A stretch of 64,000 bases of DNA from Caldisericia bacterium (GTDB lineage Bacteria; Caldisericota; Caldisericia; JAAYUI01), in NCBI GenBank assembly GCA_963674785.1, contig OY771555.1:1824001-1888000 (forward strand), in the 5' to 3' direction. The notes beneath the pieces are model-generated. The model was not told where the DNA came from and ran no database searches. It worked only from the letters and a program-made list of their open reading frames with translations. Position 1 is the stretch's first letter; each line of letters opens with the position of its first letter. Positions 30,240 to 38,294 of this stretch are shown piece by piece. Made by a program: the position numbers and the translations under genes.

Positions 30240-30796
30240 GCTAGCCTTTCCGGAGTTTTTTTATCAATAATTATGCTTCCATCATCTTCAACAATAACCG
30301 TCCAAGGATGAAGAGGGCTTGGAGGTGGACCACCAAGGACTTTGGTCATAGTTGGGTCAAAGAAACCATCATGACATCTACAATGCCATGTTTTTGATTC
30401 TGTATTCCATCTGACAACACAACCAAGATGAGTACATTTTGCATCCCAAGCCATAAGCGTACCATTTGTATCCTTAATCAAAATTCCGGGTTCCCTAATT
30501 TTGATTGGCTTGTAAGGGATTGAACGATCTTCGGTGATGATCTCAAAAGAATATCCGACCATGCTTTCAAGCTCATCTTTTTTCGCAGGGACTGGTACGA
30601 AAGAATCACCAACGGGTTTCATGACGGATGCTAATTTGTTAACCGCAACGGGCGCTGGTGGCACCTCAAGTCCAATCTTACCAAATGGCTTCAAAAGTCT
30701 GAGAATCGGTGATAAAGCAGCTAGAATTGCTCCAAAAAAAGGAACAGCTAGCAGGACTTTTAGCAGTTGCCTTCGAGTGACCTTTTTTTCTTCCAC
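30236..30796 (-). CDS. Rieske [2Fe-2S] protein of a Rieske/cytb complex
   Basis: TRRQLL twin-Arg plus TM anchor, CTHLGC and CRCHDG boxes, GPPPSPL; AAGGAGG SD before GTG. Confidence 0.93.
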   Translation of the reverse strand: MEEKKVTRRQLLKVLLAVPFFGAILAALSPILRLLKPFGKIGLEVPPAPVAVNKLASVMKPVGDSFVPVPAKKDELESMVGYSFEIITEDRSIPYKPIKIREPGILIKDTNGTLMAWDAKCTHLGCVVRWNTESKTWHCRCHDGFFDPTMTKVLGGPPPSPLHPWTVIVEDDGSIIIDKKTPERLA

Positions 30797-30826
30797 AACA
30801 AGTCCTCCTTTCCATTTCCAGTAGCT

Positions 30827-30855
30827 AGATTATTCGGTTTTTTTTGGTATGTCAA
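30827..30855 (-). promoter_or_regulatory. sigma70-type promoter of the Rieske/cytb-Flx operon
   Basis: Minus strand TTGACA (30855-30850), 17 bp spacer, TAATCT (30832-30827). Confidence 0.7.
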
Positions 30856-30916
30856 ATATGTTTTATAAACAATAAGAGGTATTAACTTTAACAAAAAAGA
30901 CAGCTCAGAAAAGAGT

Positions 30917-30934
30917 TTGTAAGCATTTTCACAA
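30917..30934. promoter_or_regulatory. putative Rex operator
   Basis: TTGTAAGCATTTTCACAA, 12/14 match to TTGTGAAnnnnTTCACAA with the correct 18-bp length. Confidence 0.6.
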
Positions 30935-30990
30935 AACGAGTCAAGATGAAAAAAAAGTAAAAGTTCAGCATCAGAAAATTTGCTGATAAT

Positions 30991-31018
30991 AAAAAAGCGG
31001 GGCTCAAGCGAGCCCCGC
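30991..31018 (-). terminator. intrinsic terminator of the NHL/stalk gene
   Basis: Minus strand GCGGGGCTC-GCTT-GAGCCCCGC-TTTTTT. Confidence 0.85.
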
Positions 31019-31040
31019 CAACATAAAGTTTTTGTTTTAT

Positions 31041-33473
31041 TTACCCAATATTTGGGTTGACAGGATAGTAGATTTTGATTGACTTTGTTGCACCAATCCA
31101 CTCGACAGATGCACCAAGTGCTTCACTTATAAATCTGAGTGGAACAACAGTTCGACCATTGATGATCAATGGAGCCACAGACATAGAAACAACACTTCCG
31201 TTAACCATTGCTTCAGACACACCAACCCAAAGTATAACTTCTCTTCCTTCAAGTTTATATGTAACTTTTTTATCGGTTCCGTCCCACTCAATTTCTGCGC
31301 CGAGTGCTTCACCAATAAATCTTAGAGGAACGACAGTGCTACCATTTTTTATAACCGGTGCAGGGTCAACTGGCACCGATTCATTATTGATAATTGCAGT
31401 ATTGGAATTTATCTGCAACTCAATGAGATTACCGATTCTTCTTGCTTTGCACTCAATTGTCGCTGTTCCGCCATTTGATTTGATTGTAATTGTACCTGTC
31501 GCATCACCCCAGGCAGAAAGTTTTGAAACATCACAATACACCTTAACAGCAAGATTACCTGTGAAAGTATTATCTGAGAATCTTAACCAAGGAACGTCTG
31601 TTTCAATTGATCCACTAAGTGCCGCAGAAGTCGAATTTGTGATTGTAAATGAATCCTCTAGAATCCCTGATTTTGACTGTGGAAAGTTTATTGAAGTTTT
31701 ATCAACCGACAAAATTGGTTTTACAACGCCTTTTTCAAAAATCTGAACTCTCTGATTACCTGAGTCGAGAACATATATCTTGCCTTCACTTGTAGCAAGC
31801 CCGGTTGGATTATTGAATGTTCCAAGATGGCTCCAATAATCATCAATCGATGTTTTAGTATACATCGGTGTTTTGTCACCTTTTGAATACAAGTGTTTGC
31901 CATCAATTGAGAAAAAATGAAGTTTGTTGTTTCCGGTATCTGATACAACAACACTCAAATCATCGGTGATACAAATTCCAGTTGGATTTTTCATATTGAG
32001 AGATTCGCCAAACGATCTCTGGAATTCACCCTCTTTGTTGAAAACCTTTACTATTCCGTCTTCAGCATCAAGAACATAAATATTCCCATCCATACCATAA
32101 ACGAGATCAACAGGTTTTAAGAACTGTCCATCCTCAGAACCAAAACTTCCAAAATGGCTAACATACAATCCGCCCTTATTGACTCGTGTCACTCTACCAA
32201 ATAAGGTCGAGAGTGTCCATATTTCACCATTAAGCCCTGAAGAAAGCGCATTCATTTCGGGAATTTCGGCATCAAGTTTCAGTGTTTCAAGTTTAGAGCC
32301 GCTACAACTATAAAAAACAACTTCATGACTGCTTTTTTTATAACTGATTATCTGTTGGTTTGAATCTGTTGAAAGTGGGACAACAGATTGTTTCGATGCA
32401 TCGGTACTTCCTGCGGGACCACCCTCACCAAAAAACTGAATAGAGCCTTTACCAAGATCAAATACTGCCAAACCACCACCGGCACATGCCGCAACCGACT
32501 GAGGATCATTAAACTGCATTGGGTCGGCATCGAATTCAGATAGCTCTTTTAACAGTTCGCCCTTATCAGAAAGCATGAAAAATCTCTTGGAATCTACAAA
32601 AAATAAGTTTTTACCAGTAGCGACAAAATCTGTCGCGTTGTCAATTACAACACCGACACTTTCAATCAAATTTCCTGATTTTGAATATTTAGCCGACAGA
32701 CCATATTGAACTGTGAAGAGGAAAAGATCACCATTTTTGTCAAATCTAATTTTTCCAGCTTTTGGGTTCTTTTCTTCAGTTGCTAAAACATTCACTTCGC
32801 CAGTTTTCGTATAGTTGTCATTGAAAAAAGTTATTTTGATCTTGTTTGGTTCGATGTTATCTGGATTGTCTATCTCAGACTCAACAATTGAGAGGATTGC
32901 AATATCTCCGTCTCTCGAAACATCAACTGCAGTAATATTTGGAACATCGACACCTATGTTTATTGGTCTTTTAACATATTCGCCATGTGAATCATAGAGG
33001 ACGATTCCCTCACTTCTGTCAGCAACAAGGATTGACAAATCGTTCAATAAAAATGCAGAAATCGGGTTTGAAATATGGCTATTTATACCAGCACCAATTC
33101 TATTAATTATATCTCCACTTGTACTTGCTACGGTAACAAAATCATTTGAAATATAACAAATATTTCCCATTCTAGCAGAAATGGAAGTTTTTATCTCAGT
33201 AGGTAAAACACTTGATGGAAGCTTGAAAGACTTGAAATAATTTCCAGTCGAAAGATAAACTGAGCCGTTTCCTGTTGATCTGTCGATTACATATATTTTG
33301 TCGTTCTCATCGATTCCGATACAACCGGGTTTCATTAGCTGTCCACCAATTGGACCATAACCAATAACACCTGATGATTCATATTCTGAATCAGCAACAA
33401 GCCCAGAAACACCAAAATTTATAAAAGCAAAAATTAGCAAAAATGCAAGCATAAATGCAAGAAATCTTCTCAT
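31041..33473 (-). CDS. secreted NHL-repeat beta-propeller protein with BACON-like and stalk domains
   Basis: Signal peptide; GQFLKPVDL, VSDTGNNKL, FNNPTGLA...VLDSGNQRVQIF; two TVVPLRFI.EALGA.(I/V)EW motifs. Confidence 0.85.
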   Translation of the reverse strand: MRRFLAFMLAFLLIFAFINFGVSGLVADSEYESSGVIGYGPIGGQLMKPGCIGIDENDKIYVIDRSTGNGSVYLSTGNYFKSFKLPSSVLPTEIKTSISARMGNICYISNDFVTVASTSGDIINRIGAGINSHISNPISAFLLNDLSILVADRSEGIVLYDSHGEYVKRPINIGVDVPNITAVDVSRDGDIAILSIVESEIDNPDNIEPNKIKITFFNDNYTKTGEVNVLATEEKNPKAGKIRFDKNGDLFLFTVQYGLSAKYSKSGNLIESVGVVIDNATDFVATGKNLFFVDSKRFFMLSDKGELLKELSEFDADPMQFNDPQSVAACAGGGLAVFDLGKGSIQFFGEGGPAGSTDASKQSVVPLSTDSNQQIISYKKSSHEVVFYSCSGSKLETLKLDAEIPEMNALSSGLNGEIWTLSTLFGRVTRVNKGGLYVSHFGSFGSEDGQFLKPVDLVYGMDGNIYVLDAEDGIVKVFNKEGEFQRSFGESLNMKNPTGICITDDLSVVVSDTGNNKLHFFSIDGKHLYSKGDKTPMYTKTSIDDYWSHLGTFNNPTGLATSEGKIYVLDSGNQRVQIFEKGVVKPILSVDKTSINFPQSKSGILEDSFTITNSTSAALSGSIETDVPWLRFSDNTFTGNLAVKVYCDVSKLSAWGDATGTITIKSNGGTATIECKARRIGNLIELQINSNTAIINNESVPVDPAPVIKNGSTVVPLRFIGEALGAEIEWDGTDKKVTYKLEGREVILWVGVSEAMVNGSVVSMSVAPLIINGRTVVPLRFISEALGASVEWIGATKSIKIYYPVNPNIG

Positions 33474-33558
33474 TAACGATTCTCCTTTGCCACAATCGAT
33501 TGTCGCTTATACAAAAGCATACACTAACTTAGTAGGAATTGTTCAGATTATCAACAAT

Positions 33559-34191
33559 CTATTCAAAACGCCAGGATTGTTTTATGTCAGCCAAATCACC
33601 TAAGTGCGCTGTGCAATTCAATCTCTCCAAGGCAAACTCGCCATCCCAGGAGAAAACACTCATTCCGCAATTATCCATTCCAATAGTTCCTTTATGTTCC
33701 TTGATAGAATAACCCAAAACAAAAGGAACCATTACCCAAAGTATTCCACCATGGGATGATAATAGTATTCTTTCTCCACTATTCTCGTTTACAAGATCCT
33801 TTAAAAAACCAGTAGATCTTTTGAAAACCTCATCGAGTGACTCGCCACCTTCGACCTTATAGTCGTATCTTTCAAGAAATGGACTCCAATGTTGATTATC
33901 CTTTACCTCTGAATATTGTTTACCATCAAAAATTCCACAGGCTCTTTCTCGGATTCTCGAATCAAAGGAAAGTGGAACATCTATGTGCCCATTAATGATT
34001 TCTGCTGTTTCCTTTGCCCTTAAAAGATCAGAGGAAACAATCCTGTCGATTGCAGCTGTTTTCAAAAATTTACCAGCAAGATCTGCTTGAATTCTTCCTG
34101 TCTCTGTAAGTGGAGAGTCATGTGTACCACATATCAGACCATCTCGGTTTCCAACACTTTCACCATGTCTTATAAAAAATATCGTTTTCAT
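33559..34191 (-). CDS. histidine phosphatase (phosphoglycerate mutase family)
   Basis: RHGES, SSDLLRA.ETA, GGES, SHGG. Confidence 0.9.
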   Translation of the reverse strand: MKTIFFIRHGESVGNRDGLICGTHDSPLTETGRIQADLAGKFLKTAAIDRIVSSDLLRAKETAEIINGHIDVPLSFDSRIRERACGIFDGKQYSEVKDNQHWSPFLERYDYKVEGGESLDEVFKRSTGFLKDLVNENSGERILLSSHGGILWVMVPFVLGYSIKEHKGTIGMDNCGMSVFSWDGEFALERLNCTAHLGDLADIKQSWRFE

Positions 34192-34373
34192 AGCTCAAAT
34201 CTACAATTTTTTGTCCACAAATCAAATCAAAGAAGTTGAGTTGGTTTGAGGGTACCGGTTCAAAAAATCATGATATTACCTTGCATTCACCAGAATTTAA
34301 CTGCCCAAACCTTGCCACATTTAACCTTGCGTGCTTTACTGCGACTAATACTTAAAGGGGGTACTCTCTTATT

Positions 34374-37300
34374 ATGTTGAGTAGTCGCTCATTGGTTGTT
34401 TTAACGTTGGTTGTCGTATTGTGTATCGGTTTCATGCCATTTATGCACACCGGCACAGCAATGCAGGCAAGGTTATCAGGTGTTGAAGTTACTTACTTCA
34501 AGCCAAGTCAGGTTGATACAGCATCAACTATTCATCTTGCGGTTGATATTAATGAATATCTTCCAATTCATAGCTGGATAAAAATTATTTTCCCAGACGA
34601 ATGGACAATGCCTGACGTACCTCTTCCAACAAAGAATATTTCATCTGAAGACAAAAAAGAACTAGATAGAATTGTCACATCAATCTATCTCGGAACGTCA
34701 CCATGTACCTCTTGTCAGGGACTTCCCTATGTCAAAAATGTAGAGCGTGACGGAGAAAACTCTATTCAGTTCTGGACACATCTCGAGCTTAAACCAGATG
34801 GCCCATATGATCCAATTCCGATCATTGTCGCTTCTCGAGCTGGATTCATTAACGCCAAAGAACCTGGTTCATACAAAATTTGTGTCGCCACTGAAGAAGA
34901 ATCAACCCCAGTTTGCTCACAGGATATTCAGGTCGTAAGATCACAAATTGAGGCTGCGGATGTCACACTCTCAAGTGATGCAATTTCTTCAAGTTCAGGC
35001 TACACCATAAAGTTCAATGTTGGTGCCGGCGGATCACTCGATGCCAGAAGGTCAAAGGTAAGAATCCGATTCCCAGAAGGAACACAGCTTCCAGAGTTTA
35101 TTGAACCAACTCACATAAAAGTTAATGGTCAGCCCCTCAGTGTTGATGTAAACATTCATCAACCTTCCGCAACAATGAGTTTTGTCATTCCTGTGGATAT
35201 TACAAGCAATGGTGCAGTCAATATTGAGATTTCTGAACGTGCAGGGATTATCAACCCAGATACAGCTGGTGACTATAACCTCAGCATTTCTACAACTTAC
35301 GAACCAACCGTTGTAGAAAGCAAACCTTTTGCAGTCAAACGAGAGGGTCAAAAACCTGTAATCATCCCACCATACACAAGCCAGAAGGCATCGTATAAGT
35401 TTGCAGTTTTTATTCAGAACACAATTGAAAAAAATGACCTCATCGAAATCGTATTTCCAGCAAAAACAACAATCCCAAGTTTCATGTCAGCCACAAGCGT
35501 TTTGATGAATGGAAATCCATGCCAGCTTAAACCTCGCACAATTCCCGAAGAACATAAGATTCAGCTCTATGCTCCTGAGGCAATGGAAAAGGGAAGCATT
35601 ATGGTTGAATTCCTCAAAGAAGCAAAGATTGTCAACCCAGACACAGCAGGTGAATATACGATATCATTCAAAGATCAGGCATCCACAGAATATATCACAA
35701 CCGACCCATTCCAGATTCTTATCAAAAAAACAGAGATCACCGATGTAAAAGTTGTTCCATTTAATGCCGATATCACAGCAACATGGGAAATAAAAGGAAG
35801 CACATCATTCACAGGCGACATCGAACCAGGAGATGACTTTGCTGTCGAATTCCCCGCAGAAACAACGCTTCCAAAATCAATTGGAGCAGGGTCAATCACA
35901 CTTAACGGTGAAGAAGTAAAAAATATCACAATCGAAGGCAAAAAAGTTATCCTAACATCTCCAGTAAAGATTCTTTCTGGCGAAGAGTTTATCATCGTAA
36001 TTAAACCAGAGTCAGGAATCGTTAATCCTTCAAAAACCTCATCCACATATAAGCTCAAGGTAACAACATCAAAGGACAAAACAGGTGGAGAGTCAGTTGA
36101 ATTCTTTATTGCCCCACCACTTCCAAAGACGACACTCCTCATCAATCCACCAAAACCAGATGGAAAAAACGGTTGGTATATTAAAGCTCCTGCAATCGAC
36201 TTTGAATGCACATCTGAAACTGCATCAATCTATATGTGGTGGAACTGGAAAAAAGATCAGGCTATCGCATGGTCGTCAGATGGATGGCTTCCAATGGCGG
36301 ACGAACAGCGTGTTGATACCCTCTATTATTATGCCGAAGACACATATGGAATTGAAGAACTTCAAGAGTTTGAGTTCAAAATCGACACTGTTGCCCCAAC
36401 ATTTACAATCACAAAACCTATTGGTGGTCAGTCAGATGACACCGTTGAAGACACATACATCATCGAAGGAACAGCTGATGCAACAGAACTCTTCAGATAT
36501 GACGACAATGAAAAATCAAGCAAGGTTGTCCCAACAATAACAATCAATGGTGAGAAAGCAGATGTAATCCAGCCACCAGAGTTTGGTCTTGATGAAACAA
36601 CCGAAGGAGAAGGAAACTTCAAATTCGAGGTCAAAATCGAAGAGGGTTTAAACGAATTTGTCATCAGAGCAGAAGATGAAGCCGGAAACTTCCTTGAAAA
36701 AACAATTGAAATTAAAAAAGACACAATCGCCCCAACAGTCGAAATCACATCTCCTGAACCGGGATTCGCAAACAACACTGACGAGATTGAAATCAAAGGA
36801 ACAACAGAACCAGGTGCAATCCTTACTATCGACGGTGACTTCGTTGATGTAAATCAGGATGGCACATTCACATATGACTACATCGTTTATGATCTCAAAA
36901 AGATTCGTCATGACCTTAAGTATAAAGTTGAAGATATTGCCGGAAACACCGAAGGTGAAAAGACATTTACCGTTTGGTTTGGAACATATGCAGAAATTCC
37001 AACAACAGGGACTCTACCATCTATCAATGGCATAAATGGCGAAGATGAGCACAAAGCATATATAAGTACTAGCGGCAAAACAATGGTACCTTTCCGATAT
37101 CTCGCAGTTAATCTCATGGGAGCCGAAGTTGACTGGGAAGGCGCAACAAGAACTGCATCGATTAAAAGTACAAACCCAACATTTGAGATATATCACGTAA
37201 TCGGAACAAAGTTCTTCACCAAAATTGTTAATGGAGTTGAGACTAAAATAGATCTTCCAGCGGCATCTGAGATCAAAAACGGTAGAACCTACCTTCCAAT

Positions 37301-37394
37301 GAGAGAATTTATTGAAGGTGGACTTGGTGTTAAGGTTGGATGGGATGCAGAAACAAGAACTGCAATCCTTGAGGTTCCAGGAAAAGTTAACTAG
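34374..37394 (+). CDS. large secreted protein with repeated beta-sandwich modules and C-terminal stalk domain
   Basis: Signal peptide; about four FP..T.(L/I)P...NG...I.NP..AG.Y modules; PDGKNGWY; TMVPFR and RTYLPMR stalk motifs. Confidence 0.8.
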   Translation: MLSSRSLVVLTLVVVLCIGFMPFMHTGTAMQARLSGVEVTYFKPSQVDTASTIHLAVDINEYLPIHSWIKIIFPDEWTMPDVPLPTKNISSEDKKELDRIVTSIYLGTSPCTSCQGLPYVKNVERDGENSIQFWTHLELKPDGPYDPIPIIVASRAGFINAKEPGSYKICVATEEESTPVCSQDIQVVRSQIEAADVTLSSDAISSSSGYTIKFNVGAGGSLDARRSKVRIRFPEGTQLPEFIEPTHIKVNGQPLSVDVNIHQPSATMSFVIPVDITSNGAVNIEISERAGIINPDTAGDYNLSISTTYEPTVVESKPFAVKREGQKPVIIPPYTSQKASYKFAVFIQNTIEKNDLIEIVFPAKTTIPSFMSATSVLMNGNPCQLKPRTIPEEHKIQLYAPEAMEKGSIMVEFLKEAKIVNPDTAGEYTISFKDQASTEYITTDPFQILIKKTEITDVKVVPFNADITATWEIKGSTSFTGDIEPGDDFAVEFPAETTLPKSIGAGSITLNGEEVKNITIEGKKVILTSPVKILSGEEFIIVIKPESGIVNPSKTSSTYKLKVTTSKDKTGGESVEFFIAPPLPKTTLLINPPKPDGKNGWYIKAPAIDFECTSETASIYMWWNWKKDQAIAWSSDGWLPMADEQRVDTLYYYAEDTYGIEELQEFEFKIDTVAPTFTITKPIGGQSDDTVEDTYIIEGTADATELFRYDDNEKSSKVVPTITINGEKADVIQPPEFGLDETTEGEGNFKFEVKIEEGLNEFVIRAEDEAGNFLEKTIEIKKDTIAPTVEITSPEPGFANNTDEIEIKGTTEPGAILTIDGDFVDVNQDGTFTYDYIVYDLKKIRHDLKYKVEDIAGNTEGEKTFTVWFGTYAEIPTTGTLPSINGINGEDEHKAYISTSGKTMVPFRYLAVNLMGAEVDWEGATRTASIKSTNPTFEIYHVIGTKFFTKIVNGVETKIDLPAASEIKNGRTYLPMREFIEGGLGVKVGWDAETRTAILEVPGKVN

Positions 37395-37744
37395 ATAGAA
37401 ATACTATCAAACAGAATCACAACCGCTCCGGCGGTTGTGTCTGTATGAGAAACTGTTACTAAAACCGGTGACTCTACTCCTCGAAAGAGGATAAAGGGTT
37501 CACCGGTTTTTTTATGTCTAAGTTCAATATCCTTCCAGGAAATATTGTTTGATAATCCAGTGCCAATAGCTTTTAAAAAAGCCTCTTTGGCTGCAAAACA
37601 TCCAGCAAAATGAATCTCTGGTTTGAGATTATCCATTACATATTCAATCTCAGATTTGTTGAAAATCCGCTCAATTAGAGATTTTTTCACATCTTTGAAT
37701 CTTTTTACTTCGACTAAATCAAAACCAATTCCTGCTATGGACAA
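37391..37744 (-). CDS. acpS: holo-ACP synthase
   Basis: GIGFDLVEV.RF, FAAKEAFLKAIGTG, G.P, VSH. Confidence 0.92.
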   Translation of the reverse strand: MSIAGIGFDLVEVKRFKDVKKSLIERIFNKSEIEYVMDNLKPEIHFAGCFAAKEAFLKAIGTGLSNNISWKDIELRHKKTGEPFILFRGVESPVLVTVSHTDTTAGAVVILFDSISI

Positions 37745-37785
37745 ATTGTTCTCCTGATGTAGAATGTAACTAGGAATAATACTAT

Positions 37786-38229
37786 ATGTTGTGTGAGATT
37801 TGTAAAGAACGAGAAGCGACAGCGAGATATGTAAAGGTAGTTGGAACAGACAACGTTTTAGACCTACACATATGTAAACATTGTGCCGACAAACTTCTGA
37901 AATCAGATGCTCCAGACATCGATAATTCCAAGAATAAACGGAAGGAAAAGGGTGTGAGATTTAACTTGAGTGATTCAAAATTCTGCCCATCATGTGGAAG
38001 AACGCTTAGGGATTTTGTCGAAAACGACTATCTAGGTTGTGGCGATTGTTTCGATAGTTTCAGGGCATATCTTGGTGCTATCTCAAAACTTTTTCAATCA
38101 GATGAAGAAGCTGAGCAATCACTTACCGAACTAAAAGAATCCCTTAAAAAAGCAGTGACCGAAGAAAGATTTGAAGAGGCTGCTCTTATTCGAGACAAGA
38201 TAAAAAGGCTTTTATCAAAAAAGAATTAA
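37786..38229 (+). CDS. mcsA: McsA-like protein (four CxxC motifs plus UVR domain)
   Basis: CEIC, CKHC, CPSC, LGCGDCF, EERFEEAALIRDKI. Confidence 0.8.
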   Translation: MLCEICKEREATARYVKVVGTDNVLDLHICKHCADKLLKSDAPDIDNSKNKRKEKGVRFNLSDSKFCPSCGRTLRDFVENDYLGCGDCFDSFRAYLGAISKLFQSDEEAEQSLTELKESLKKAVTEERFEEAALIRDKIKRLLSKKN

Positions 38230-38255
38230 ATTAATTGATTTGATTCAATACCAAT

Positions 38256-38288
38256 AAAAAAGGGGCTGGATTAACCAGCCCCTTTTTT
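38256..38288. terminator. bidirectional intrinsic terminator
   Basis: AAAAAA-GGGGCTGG-ATTAA-CCAGCCCC-TTTTTT between convergent genes. Confidence 0.9.
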
Positions 38289-38294
38289 ATTTTC

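Noticed and set aside
34302-34317. sigma54-like site on the minus strand (TGGCAAGGTTTGGGCA)
   Set aside because: Spacing is correct but the -12 element lacks TT, and the downstream gene has a sigma70-type -10
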